Assembly: GCA_030704615.1 (NCBI GenBank) | Contig: CM060731.1 | Coordinates: 89,032,001 to 89,096,000, forward strand | Direction: 5' to 3' | Origin: Takakia lepidozioides | Lineage: Eukaryota > Plantae > Bryophyta | DNA length: 64,000 bases | Shown here: piece by piece, positions 49,913-62,636 of the stretch | Position numbering within the stretch: position 1 is the first letter of the stretch | Layout of the letters: each line of letters opens with the position of its first letter | Notes under the pieces: generated by a model | What the model saw: only the letters and a program-made list of their open reading frames with translations | Databases searched by the model: none | Told to the model about the DNA's origin: nothing | Program-made: the position numbers and the translations under genes

Positions 49913-52750
49913 ACCTTGGGAGACAGCCCCAGGCACTGTGGGTCCCGCCCAGGTGCACTCCCAGGCACATCTCCTTCTGCAAGCCTCTGCAAGTTTGTAA
50001 GGTGGGTTCCGACTTTTAAGAAAATATACTTGCCATTTCCAAAAACGAAGGACTTATCGAGATATTTGTCTTTTTTATCAGCCCTGACCCAAACTATAAT
50101 TAGAGTGGGAAAAATTTTAGGAACCACAGAGTCTGAGTAAAGTCAAAATGTATTAATTTGTTTGTCAGGCCTCATAAATCTCTAAATGCATGTTTCTTAC
50201 ACTGAAAGTAGACGAATATACTTTTTGCACACATTTTTTGGGAAATGGAACAAGCGTGTGAAAAATTAGTAGCGGATCTCGGGGCGGTCTTTATCTGACC
50301 TCTTGAATACTGAGGCAGGATCAGTACGGTCATTTTTCCTATCTGAATTGAAGGGCAGCTTCGTCCCCGAGTACAAAGTCCAAACACCGTTGGACGTTCA
50401 GGAAACCGGTTTCAGTCCTGAACATAACAAGCTTGTTAGCTTTGTTTGGTGGGATGACAGGGGATACGATGTGTCATAACAGTCCTTCTTGCCGCATATC
50501 CTTCCACCACTGGGTAGAATAATCCCTTACTACAACTTGCAGTTGTGGGGGGATGGAAGAGGGTCGAAAAAGCGTTTTACTAAGCAAAGATGATTCTCCG
50601 CCCAATACTTAGGAGTGCTTTGTCGTGTGTTGAGCTTAAATTGTTACAAGTGCAAGTTGCGGGCTTGAACTGGGAAAGAAGTTGGTGCTGTGTGATAATG
50701 AATGAGAGGCTTAATTCAGAATTCAGGTAAGACGTGACTAACATGTACTTACTGCATGACCGGCCCACTTGCTATCCTTACTCTATAAAATTTAGAGGTA
50801 AATATAAGGGTCCCATATCCTGGCAGGGCCTGTTCCTGAAGGTCGAAAAAAGGGAGAAACAATCGACTGCGCAGCTGATTGTCTAGTAAAAGGTTGGACA
50901 ACCAGGCGGCCGCGAGCTTACCTACACGTACGTTTGTCGCGTATGGGTTCTCTCTGACACGATCAGACCGACTCAAGGGTGGCAGCAACTGTGATGATGC
51001 ACCACAAATGGATCTCTGCTCGAAAATGCGTTCTGTTAAATACGACAGGTGAAATGCAGCAAATAACAAAGCATCCCCAACAGTTTCTTTGCTAGAAACC
51101 CACCCATGCGTGCAGTGTGGTGCAGAAATCGAGTACCTAATATGTAGCACCTAATTTAGACGGATTCTCACATGGTTGCGAGAGAACATTCTACAGAATG
51201 AAAATCACCAAATTTGGCAAAACACATTAAGTGTATTTTTGATATAGCTGTTTCCTGTAGCAGTTGCAGCTTTTAAATATTTTGTTTGCTGTCTGCTATG
51301 GGGAGCACAGTTATTGAGCCCCACGTGAAACCTTGTCCTAGGTTTCTCAGGGAGTTTCTATATAAAGGAGGCAGAGGGTTTGGCTCTTTAGCAGATTTGT
51401 GATCATGTGTGACTGATTGCATTAGTTGGTTCCCCGGGAATCATCTGCAGCTATATCGGTGTAGGAGGGTTTGATTTCATGTTTGTAGACCGATCTAAAT
51501 TCCATTGGCAACCAAGCCAGTTATAGCGGAAGGCCAATATGAATGAATGCTGCTGCTAGTAGGGTAGCACTGTAGGGTGCCCTACCTAGCGCGCTCTCTT
51601 TCTTCTCTTGGCTGCCTGTCTATAAAAGGAAGTATACCCTGCTAAAGATGGTCTGCTACCAAAGGCCTGCCATACGCACGATCGATGAATGTCATCATCT
51701 GCATACCGCTGGGTTCTCATCATTTCTCCAGATTCCGAAATCATACGGTTCTTCTAATTCCTACAGTAATCGCAGTTCAATCCATCTTTGTTTAGTAGCC
51801 ACGCTGTAGTTCTTACAGCTTTGCTGATCATTTTTGGCCACAGTGTTGGTCAGGATTCCTGGGTGTATTTGGCTCATGATAAACTGCTGATGATTAGGTA
51901 CTACGCGTGTAGGTTGAAGATCACTTATACTGGAAAAGCAACCCATCTTTAGCTCTTGTCTCTCCCCTTTTGAAGACAGCGCATTGGCGAAACGCAGACA
52001 CGCGAGGCAGGAAGAATGTACCCCTTTGAGTTGCTTGATCTGGCATCACCACTTGCAGATTACAGTGCGCTGATTTGAGCTCTAAAATACGCCTAAATAG
52101 TAGGAGAGAAAGCGGCAATCGTGCTTGATTAGCTAGTGTGGAGGCAGTACGAAATATAATAGGGCAGGGGCCTTCAGCGTCTGGACCGGTAAGTATGAGC
52201 AAGATGCCAAAGATAGTAAGGAATGATGCGCTCATCAGACTTGGTTGTCATGTCTCGCATCATATTGGCTCACCTTCTCCATCAAAAATAGTGAGGCAAA
52301 AAGCGAGCTATATACTATAATACTCTACAGCCTAAATTACTTACATGCTGTCATGCCCTATGCACCGCTTCACCTTGCTTTTTGCGATCCCGTGTTTCGC
52401 CAATCACTATTCCATCCCTTAGTGAATGTATTTGAATTTCGCCACAAAACTTGGAGATTAAAACTTAAAAGACTTTGTGTGATTAGCCTATATGAACCTA
52501 GCTTGTGGGCTAAACAAGATCAACGTGGGTAGCTTTAATTAAGTACAGTGCTTCATGATTAGATATAGTGCTCGGTTACCGAGGAGGGTAGTTGGTCGGT
52601 CCTTAGGTGAGCCAATTCAACTACGACATACTGCAGGTTTGCCTCTAATTAACATGGTGCTAAGTTGAGGTCATCATGCTAAGAGGCAAGAGTATCGAAT
52701 GAAGACTAACTGGAATTTATGGAGCAGCAAGCGCGTTCATAGCACCAACT

Positions 52751-53012
52751 TTTTTTTTTTTTTTTGCTGGCCATTTTTTTTTCTTAAACAAAAGGGAAAC
52801 ACCTGGGAGCAACAGCCGCCCCACAAATCAGGCCCCTTAATTATAGTGAGAGGAAAAAATAACCTCTTTCAGGGTAACCTCGCCTCTAAGGGTTTTCCCA
52901 TGCACCCAAGGGGGAGGGGGAGAAGAACATACCACAGCCATCAAACTAGCAGGATTCGACCCCAGAATCATCTGGGTGGCACTGAGTGCACTATCCAACT
53001 GAGCTACCAACT
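52751..53012 (-). mobile_element. tRNA-derived SINE family 2 with poly(A) tail
   Basis: Minus strand has A box TAGCTCAGTTGG, B box GGTCGAATCC and terminal A runs. Confidence 0.8.
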
Positions 53013-53699
53013 GTTGGTAAATTTTCGCCATATTACTATCTGGCCCAATCATGAGCTATTTCTGTATAGGGAAATGAGGGCAATTTTAAGGGCCATTTCG
53101 CCAAATCCACCATAACTGGCTGCATGAGAGGCCACAATAGCCATCCCCAAGTGCTAGGTGTCGCCATCCTATGCATCAAGGCTGTGGGCACGTGGGGCTA
53201 GTCGCACACCTTGGAAGTTAGAGCATCGCCTTATTCCCTGTTGGATGGGGGATGGGAAGCCAGACTCCTAGGCAGCTTGCATGCATTATCGCTACCCAAC
53301 TGCTCGATGGTTGGAGTGGTTGTTGTCACCTTGCACTACAGGGGGGAGGGGGGTGTATAATAATACTAGGTTGCCACGAGAAGAGGGATGGTTTATGGCG
53401 TTTATGGCATGGAAGCGCCACTTTGGATAGCCGCTGAATTTTGAATGGTTGAATGGAGCTAAGTTGGTGCAGCCTTGCCGTACATTGCAGTAAGTAGGAG
53501 TTCGGCGGATTAGATTCCCTTCGCTCCTCTTCAGTTAGGGTTGCATGGTTCTTTGTCGATGTATAAAGTAACCATGCATTTATGTCAATACTTCATTCGA
53601 GGCTTGTGGGTCATACATGGGCAGAGTCAGTGGTTTCTGAGGAGCATTGGGATTATGACGTTATGGGATTTTGCTAAGGGATTTTTTACTCATACTTTC

Positions 53700-54525
53700 A
53701 CGATGGCCCCTTTGCAACCACCGTCAATTTTTAGATTCAAAGCTTTCTTTAATAGGAGGGTCCGTGGGTCAGATGTGGCTTCTTCGATCACATCTGTCGT
53801 TATTAATTGTTCCGATGTCGTGCCTCAGGTGGTTGACGTGACCTTGCCCGACCCTCTTGAGGCTGTCATTGCTGAAAATAAAAAATGGAAGCATGAGTAT
53901 GAGATCACAGGAAAAGACATTTGGGCGAGCAAGCTTCCTTGGGGTGAATCTGTCTGTGGTAAGATGGGAAAATCCATCAGGTCCGGTGCAAAGTGTGTAC
54001 CAAGATAAAGGGCAGGGATAAACTTCTTGTTCCTATGTTGGACTCAGTGTGGAAGCATGATGGCAGAAGAAAGACAAGGGTAACAATGCCTGGGGTGGCA
54101 ATGGGTGATTTTTACTTTGTGCAGAACAACGCACATGTCCGGAACGAACGATTGTTTGCATCCACTCATTGTGAAATTGTCTTGGATCAAGTGGCGCATG
54201 GTGTCATTGCAGTGAGAAAGAGGAAGCTTGTGCAATTTGTTACAATATTTCACCTTTTATGTGAACCCGTGACAGATTATGAAGGCTTCCAAAGTTTGTG
54301 TCAGTTTTTGAAGGTGCCTCAGATCCTTGTCAAATATTGGAGTGGTTCATCAGCATGGGAGATGTTAGACACTTTGCACATAGTGGTGTATGTTGCAGGC
54401 AACAAAACATGTTGTGAAGATATTTAAGTTTTTGTCCATATCTGTTGATGAAGTAACTACTATTGACAACCAAAGTTGGTTGTCAGTCCATGTGTATGTG
54501 GTTCAGGGTCAGAAGCGTATCCCTA
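53700..54525 (+). mobile_element. hAT-superfamily transposase fragment (ZNF862-like)
   Basis: WASKLPW..QVRCKVC zinc finger, KRKLVQFVTIFHLL, YWSGSSAWEM and FLSISVDEVTTIDNQSWLSVHVY (first catalytic D). Frameshifted and cut at about 54525. Confidence 0.8.
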
Positions 54526-54961
54526 CCAGCAGCGCCGCAGCAGCCAATAGGAGGATGTCTGGTGTGGCAAGTGTAACAACGAAGGACATACCACAACGGA
54601 ATGTCATGCTAAGGTGAAGTATTGTGCCATTTGTGAGATAACTAATCATACTACAGACACATGTTTAATAACAGAAAGAATTTGGCACCTCAGTACAACC
54701 GGGCAATATGTGTGCACCAAGCAGAACCACAGCCTAGAGAAAACCATTATACAGGACCAAACTCGGGAAACCCTCATGTGAACAAAGGATATGCAGGAGC
54801 CGGGAGAAGAAATAATCTGGGAAGTTATCCACATGAATTAAGAAATAACCATGGAGGTTATAATCGACAAGATGGTTACCAATATAACTACCAAAGAAAT
54901 AACAAGCAAGAGAACAGAGATCCAAGACAAGATCAGGATCGAGGACCCAATGGTGAAGAAT
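54526..54961 (+). mobile_element. LTR-retrotransposon gag fragment (family B)
   Basis: Two CCHC knuckles, CGKCNNEGHTTTEC and CAICEITNHTTDTC (about 54560-54664), followed by an N/Q/R-rich segment. Confidence 0.75.
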
Positions 54962-55395
54962 CACTATAACAAAAAAAAACGGCTTTTATGTTTTTTTCAT
55001 GATTTTTTGGTCCATATGGCTCTTTTGGCCAAATGTCGTGAAAACCGTCTCATTAGCATGACCCTTTTGCCAGAGTCATGTAATTAAGTCACAAATATGA
55101 TTGCGACATATACTAGTATAACAAATAAAAACTAACTTAATATTTGAATTGTGCGTCTCACCGGCGAGGCGCAACTCATTAAGTTTTTTTTTTAATAAAT
55201 ACATTTTAAATACATTTTTTTAAAACAATTCTACCATATAACAGGCCGTGCCGCGCCACGTGGCACTTGAATTTTTTCTAAAAAACCATCATTGTAGCCA
55301 CATGTCAACCATCTAGAGCACCCCCACATATTAATCATTTCTATTTTACTGATCCTAGTTATTTATCTAATTTGTCAAGTTATTTTTACCACTAG
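54962..55395. mobile_element. CACTA transposon end
   Basis: Starts CACTATAACAAAAAAAAACGGC and interrupts the gag fragment. AT-rich subterminal sequence. Confidence 0.7.
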
Positions 55396-58300
55396 TGTGA
55401 AGTTAGCTAGGAAATAGCTAGCTTTTATATATTGACATTTGGGATTGACCCAAGTGTCAATCCAGGGGCCAATACATGTTTGGGCACCTGACGTTGTTAT
55501 CTTCACGGCAAATCGCGGTGGGCTCATCTTTCTTGAGTTGAGCCTCACCGCGTCTAGCTATGGCGCCGGAGTGTGGATTCCTCATGGCGTGAGGTGCACT
55601 TGGCTCGACTTCGTATATGACTGATGTTTTCATGTGCAAGTATGTGAGTTTGAAAGAGAGCTTGTGTGCTTGTATCATTTTTTTCTTTATCACTCGAGAA
55701 AGATGAGCTCGAGTTTGTGAGTGCCAGGTTCGAGTTAGTTGTAGCACTTGTGTTTTCAGATCATGAAAAGCGGTTCAGCCTAAAGTGCATGGATCCGTGC
55801 ATGAGCCTATCCAAAGCGGATAGAGTGCAAAGGCGAACAGGTTGCAGGTTTGCCATGGATAGAGAGGCGGGTAGCCTCTGTTGAAGAGCGGCATTGCATA
55901 GCTCAACGCTATGGCAACCAAGTTTGGGCTTCTAGTGTGAAGCGGAGGAGATGCTGGCCACGAGTGGGCGAACTGGTGGTCGTCTTCTTCAGCTGCAGGC
56001 CGAGTTAAGGAGCTGCAGGAATGTGGGCTGCGCATGGGAAGCTAGCATATTGCAGGTTGGAGATGATATGATCAGCTCCAGGTATTTCTGCCCGAAACTA
56101 GTTGTTGCGGGTAGATGAGGAGCAGCCGAATGGTGGAGCTGCGAGGGGATGCATCGTCATGAAGAGGTATGAGTGAAGAGAGGGGGCTGGTCCCTCTTGT
56201 GTGCAAATCAGTGCACTTGTGAAACATGTGCTGAGTTGGAGTTTCAATCTGAAACTCGACAGTGTAAGGGCTCTTGGAGTGGCAAGAGCGGGGCTAGAAG
56301 GGCAGCAACAAGGCGCCCTAGAGCCAAGGGAGATGCATGAGAAGTGCAGATGCACCAAGTTTGTATAGGTGTGTATTTTCAGATTTGTTTTTGTGAGCTT
56401 CATGAAGAAAAGGGAGCTTATTGGGCAGCATATAGTTTGCTTGTTGAGTTGGAGGCACTTCTAGTAGGCCGTGAGAGCTCAGGAGTGCAGGGCGACGGGG
56501 CTGATGGCTCCGTAGAAGCCATAGCTCGTCGGCAGCAGGTGCTGGAGCAAACCCCAACTCGGGAAGAGCTCGGGAACGCGTGGGAACGTCCGGGAATGCC
56601 CCGGGAACTCATGGGAACTCGTTGGGAGTTCCAGGGAACGCAGGGAACAGTGGCCGTGATGGGCCGTTGGGGCGGTATCACGAGATACCACGAGCCCAGG
56701 TCGTGATGGTTGACCGTGACCGTTGGAAGTCGTGGTGTGGACACAACGGGTGGGCACGGTGACCAGATCGTGGGGATGGCGGGGCGTGACGGCTCGTGGG
56801 AGTGGTACCACGGGGTATCGCTGGGCAGCCCGTGGCCAACGAGTGCCTAGGGCGGGCCGTGAGGAGTCGTGGCGGTTGGAGCCACGGAAGGCCGCGAATA
56901 GTTAGAGTGAAAAAAAAAAAAATACTCCGCTGCAGGTAATCTTTTCTGGTTTTCAGCCCAGTTCTTAACTATGGGGGAGACCAGCCTGCAGGTAATTCCT
57001 TTGGACAGAATGTTGTTGGGGCCTATATGTACCTCTATTTGCTCCATTTTTTAACCTTCAGCAAATGGTGTGGTTTCCTGAGGTGGTTCCATTTGGAGGA
57101 ATGGCTGGTGGACGTAAGGAGGCACTGGCGGACCCTATGGAGGCTTGCACGGGGCCTTGGAGGCCAAGTTTCATGAGCTCGTGGAGGGCGGTTTGAGGAG
57201 TGTCTACAGGATGTTGTCATGGTCATGCAAGTGAGAGAAGAGAGGAGAAAAAAGGGTGTTGGGATGAGAGTGTGCTGGGGATAGGCATTGCTTTAGTTTC
57301 CCTTCCTCGTAGCTTTCCACCTTTTCTGTAGGCCGAGACCTTTCCGTAGGTGGAGGCAAGAGTCAGTCCGGGTTTGGGCTGGGTTGCAGGAGCGACACTG
57401 TGGAGTTGTTTTTGGTGTGGGGGAGTTGTTGTTTTCATTCTTGTGTTTGGATCCCCTCCACACCTGCATGCTTGATTGTGCGCCATGCTAGTTTTGTGTG
57501 GGCGCTTGATTTTATAGGTAGTGGACTCGGGCTTGATCGCCAATCCCACCCTAGAGCATGCTGTCGATGGTGAGGCTGGGGTGATGACCAGTCAGACCAT
57601 CTTTGTTTCTCCTGTGGTGAGGTTGGAGGTGATGACCAGCCAACCATAGAAGTGTCTGCGGTGGATGCAGGTGCAGGTGCAGGCTATGTTATGAACCTAG
57701 TATTCCAAACCATAAGCCGCATCAGGTTCTCTACCCGGTTACCTTGTGGAGAGGGGGTTAGAGACATGTTTATGACCGGTTGAGTGTCAGTTTGTCAACA
57801 CGGAGGTGCCACTAGTTGCTGGGGAAAGTGCCGGTACGAGCACTAGCGATACTAGCGGGTATACGAGACAAGGTATACGGTTTAGGCCACCTACCTCCTG
57901 TGTCTTCTACGGAAGGTTCTGATTCGGATTCTGAATCAGGAGGACTCACACCGGCGGTGCAAATTGTCTCCTTACCATTGTTGTGGGACACGATGGAGGA
58001 GATGTATGGAGCCACCAAGGGGCCATGAAGGTACTCTGGGGTGGTGGGCACCATTGAGTTGGATGATTTTGTCCAAGAGTTTGATAGTTGGTGTGACTTG
58101 CAGCAAATACGCAATCCACAACTGTTTACGCCTTTTATGGCATGGAAGGGGTTGTTTCAGCACCTTGAGGGACCGCCCATGGATGATTACCATGAGTTTA
58201 GGCAGGGGCACGATGTTGAGATCGAGGAGTGGAAGATATACTGGTCACCCGACTATGTCTCCATCACTAGAGGCACTAGAGGCACAAAGGCAGCAGCCAC

Positions 58301-59439
58301 ACCGGCAGCTGCACCACTAGCAGCAGCAGCTACAACAGCAGCTTCCACGAGCAGTAGTGGGACTAGTGGTACAGCAGCCACGACGCCCCCCCAAGCTACT
58401 GCTGCACCAGCACCAGTGGCGGTGCCTGCCTTAAACCCTGTTGTGGAGTTCTTCGAAGAGTTGAGAAGGAATTACCAAGGGGTGAGGACAGAGAAGTTGA
58501 GGAGCTTGCAAGAGTTCCAGAAGAAGCCTACTGAAAGCTTGAGGGAGGCTTTCACTCGCATGAGGCATTTGATTAATGTAACCCAAGGGGTTACGGAGGC
58601 TCAGGCAGTCCAGTTCTGGTACGGGATATTGGACAAGGAACTGAGGAGAAGGGTGCGGGATGCAACTCTCCTACAAGTGGCCCAACCCACCTTAGCAAAT
58701 GTGTTTTTGCTGGCAGAGCGGATAGAGCTCAACATGGTGGAGGAACGAGTGGTTATGGTGGGATTTGCTAAGGAGGCACCACGGGGTAGTGGTGCTCCTA
58801 GCCAACCACTACCTCAACGTGCTCAAGGCAACAATGGAGCTCAGGTGAAGCCCAGGGAAGGACAGAGAGGACCTCAGATGCAGGGGTCTCTCCCTTCATT
58901 TGCAAGCCAACAACGGGCGGATGTGGTGTGTTGGACATGTGGAGGACCCCATGTCAAGAAGGATTGCCCAGAGGGAGGCAATGGTTTGGCACCAGCACAG
59001 CCTGCACAGATGCAGTGTGGGCATTGTGGCAAGTATGGGCATGGAGAGGCCCAGTGCTATGGTTTGCACCCTGAGTTGCGCCCAGGCCAGTTCCAAGGGA
59101 ACAATGGTAACCGGGGGCGAGGTGGAGCAGCCCAGAGAGGACGAGGTGGCCAGGCACGAGGTGCAGGCCAAGGGCAAGCTCAACATGGCCAAGGACGCAG
59201 AGGTCAGGGTGGTGACCAAGGCATGGCCAATCGGCTTCAGCAACTAGAGCAGAGGCTCGCTGCCATGGCCACAGCTTAGGTGGTACCGGCTCCAAGGCCG
59301 AATGGTCCACCTCCTACTCCTGAGGGAGGAGACATGGGAGGCATGGGATTCATGTGCGGGGCAGCACTACCACTAGTGAGGGGTGCCACTACCACTACCA
59401 CTATGGGTGGGGCACCACTACCACTAGTAAGAGGTGCCA
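55396..59439 (+). mobile_element. Ty3/gypsy-like LTR retrotransposon, family A copy 2 (5' region plus gag), cut by a CACTA
   Basis: Starts TGTGAAGTTAGC and is homologous to 7785-11684. Gag ORF at 58041-59279. Ends at the CACTA TIR at 59440. Confidence 0.82.
57993..59279 (+). pseudogene. gag (family A copy 2), nearly intact
   Basis: ATG at 57993. TGA at 58026 (CGA in copy 1) and TAG at 59277 (CAG in copy 1). Knuckles CWTCGGPHVKKDC and CGHCGKYGHGEAQC, and an RG-rich tail. Confidence 0.85.
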
Positions 59440-60405
59440 CACTAATACAGAAACCGGTTTTTTTAGCGGCTCTTCTCACACATTTTGGTGTGAAAAGAGC
59501 CCAAGTTCACACCCCTCCTTGGTGTTAGGTTAACCTAGTCCTTTGCATCACATGTGAACTTTCTTGGTCCTGTGAAAAAACCATCTCACACCAAACTCGC
59601 ACCTGATGTGGTAGTAGGTTTAGGTGGCTCTTTTTACTGATATTTTGACGGCCGTTTTGACTGGTTAGTTCAACTACTATTTTGACTAAGTAATCTTAAT
59701 GGTCTTTCTACGGTACTTATTACACCACGTTGCCACCATGTCTGCCACATGTATGTCAATCAGAATGTATGTCAATGTAGAGTCCATCAGAATTATTAAA
59801 TAAATAATAGATATTAAGGGCTCTTCTTACGGATTCTCTCACACAGATTTAACACCAGGTTCAAGTCATGGTGTGATCGCAATGACACTAGTGTGAATAC
59901 TGTCACATCCACTGTTTTGTTCCTATTGGACGAAAATTAAACAATTATTATTTGTTGACATATGCCAAAATGAATAGTCATAATATTATTATTATTATTA
60001 TTCTTATTCTTATAATAAATGGGATAGCACCCCAAAAGCCATTGGCTGCTTGATTTAATATGTAATATATTATAATTTTAGAATTTTTATTTGTTTTGTT
60101 TTTAAACAAAAGCTTATTTAAAACATGGATAATAATTGTATTATTAACCACATTGACCAGTAGTAATGTTATTAATATTAAATATAGCAAACAACCAGCA
60201 AAATACCACATTCATGTCTACACAAGAAAAATTTGGCTTGATGTGGGAAAATGAAGTTGCCCTTGAACAAGGGTATTTTGTGATCATACATGAGAATAGC
60301 AAGACAAAAAATACTGTTCATGTGAGAAGAGCTGTTTTGTTCACCTGTCTCAGCAACCCTCAATCCATAAAGAAAATTAAACTAAACTTGTAGCACCTTC
60401 AATAT

Positions 60406-60656
60406 CACGCGTGTTTAAGAAACTTTTCAGACCATAAGGTGGAACTTCCCTACGTGTCACCCAATGTGGTATGATTAGGGGTAACAGAGTAGTCCGGGTA
60501 CGGCAACACAACCTCTGAAATCATGACCGATTTCACATGGATACGGCAATAGTTGTCTGGCACATTTGCTTTCGGAAAGCCAGCAATATGTCCCACACCT
60601 GCCCTTCTTTTTGGTGCACAAGGATCAAACAATAACACCTTGTCGCCGATTTGAAA
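60406..60656 (-). pseudogene. Last exon, En/Spm Tnp1-like C-terminal domain
   Basis: TTGTTGCAG acceptor. FQIGDKVLLFD...GVGHIAG..VPDNYCRIHVKSVMISEVVLPYPD...TLGDT*GSSTLW. Confidence 0.6.
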
Positions 60657-61382
60657 CTGCAACAAAAACCAGATTCCTATATCAGAAATGAACCCTGGAG
60701 AACAGAGACTGACAGCTTGGCACTCCTGCAAAATGACATTGAAGTTCACCCCAACCCTACCTATTGCAGTACTTCCAATTCTGAATTGCATTCGTTTGTC
60801 TCTATACTCCATGCTGACATGATCAAAGCTGGAATGGTGCCATACCTAGTTGATAGCAGGTTATGCATGGTCAACATGGATGTGGTAGGACGATGTCACA
60901 AAACTACCTTTGTAGGTTGTTGGGCATGCAGCTTTGTGGCGATACATAGGGGGTGTATTGATCCAGCATCAGACAAGGAAACAAAATTGCACAAAGGAAG
61001 TACTTACACTGTGCGGATTTTGTTGGTCACCCTGTGGTTCAGTTAGATCCACTGTGGTTGTAGTCTGATTGATAGCACATATTGTACTCTCCCTGCCCAT
61101 TGAACGCTTCACTGGTTTCACCATCTGTATATTGAATGACACAACGATCAAAAAATGAGAATAGCACGAATGACACACATTGTGAAGTAGCATTAACAAT
61201 ACAAATCCACCCACGCGCCCAAGCATTGAAACTTTTGCTCTCACCTTTCTTTGATTATGCTTTGTTGTTGCATCGGGAGGCAAAGTCGTTGGAACTCTGG
61301 CAGCAGGAAGCCCTGGTTCGGATACCTTTGCAGATTGTTGTGATCCACTACCCATGGCTGCAGTATTGAACAAGTAGTTGGG

Positions 61383-61925
61383 CTACCCATATCTGTATGG
61401 GTGCCCTGACACATACTCAGGGATGTGTGCAGCCTTGGATACACCCTCTAACCAAGGCAGTAATTCTTTCATAAGCCTCTTGCAGTTTGGCTGATCCCTC
61501 AACTTCCATGGATACGGGAAGATGCAATTATTTGCAGGGTTGGGTAAGCAAGTGAGTGGGGAATCGTCCACTTGCAAAGTATTGGTTGGATTGTAATGGC
61601 TGTAGTCCTTCCAAAACTTACATAAGTTCTTGTACATGACAGTTTTAGAAGGATTGAAAGGGTCCACCATTCCCACAGGCTAGTCACAATAGTCTTGGTG
61701 AAGCACCATCTTTGGTTGCTTCCCACGAAACAAAGCTTTCACAACTGGAAGGACATTACTCAATGACATGGAAGACCATACACCTACATCAAAAATCTGA
61801 AGGCATCGGTCCAGAAACTCCTGACACCCAGGTCTGGAGGTGACAATGGGCTCTAGGTATTCCCTTGTTCGTAGTCTGCTCTCACATAACAATCCATTCA
61901 AGTCAAGTATAAGGATGTGTTTCTG
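61383..61925 (-). pseudogene. FCP1/NIF-like HAD phosphatase domain inside the CACTA gene (one in-frame stop)
   Basis: ILILDLNGLL (motif I variant), RPGCQEFL, VGVWSS (II), YKNL (III), NTLQVDDSP (IV), NPANNCIFP and EYVSGHP. ORFs 61680-62750, 61383-61676 and 60969-61373 share one frame, separated by single TAG codons. Confidence 0.85.
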
Positions 61926-62636
61926 CCTCTCAGTTGCCGAAGGGCAATTACCTACAACTTGTACATGATTATCATGTACAAGAGACACACCTTTCTGTGG
62001 GGCACTTTGCAAATTCATGGAGACCTCACAGGCATATTGAGAGGGTAGTACATATGCCGGCAGTGCTATTGGTGTAGGGGACAACAAAACTGATGAACAC
62101 TTTGCAGTTGCCTCAACAATATGGGGGGATGGATTGAGTTCACCTTCAGACCAACCCTCCATGTCATCATCCCCCTCCATTTCTAAAAGCCCAAACAATG
62201 AGCCTATTGTGTTTGACTTTGGTGGCGGTGAAGAAACTGCCTTGAATAGGTTGAGTGGTGAGCCCATAACATGAGAAATAGTCTCATTTGTTGTCTGTGG
62301 CGCAAAGGTGGTGCATGGTGGACCTGTGGGCTGTGAATCTGGCACATTCATGCTGCGAGCGCAATGTTGAATGCAGCTGCTGCCTCCAGTTGGACTTGGA
62401 CTGCTTCCAAAGCTGCCTTGGAGCTGGCTTCCATCTGCACTTATTTGTTTTCCATAGCATCGAGGCGAGCTACTAGTGAACCAATTCCCTGCCCCAACAC
62501 ATATAACACCTCCAAAGTAACAATTCACTACACTGACTGATGAACTAGTACGAAAAGAGAACCAAACGACAACTAGCAATGGCATGGAAATCATGAATAT
62601 GTAATTCACACCAGAATTGGTACTGAGTTTATATAC

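Noticed and set aside
51761-51946. CLE peptide (TRVVPNH)
   Set aside because: It lacks the GP(N/D)PxH(N/H) half of the motif and an in-frame signal peptide.
55396-56261. Defined 866-bp LTR (TG...CA)
   Set aside because: No second LTR, matching TSD or PBS follows, so the boundary cannot be confirmed.
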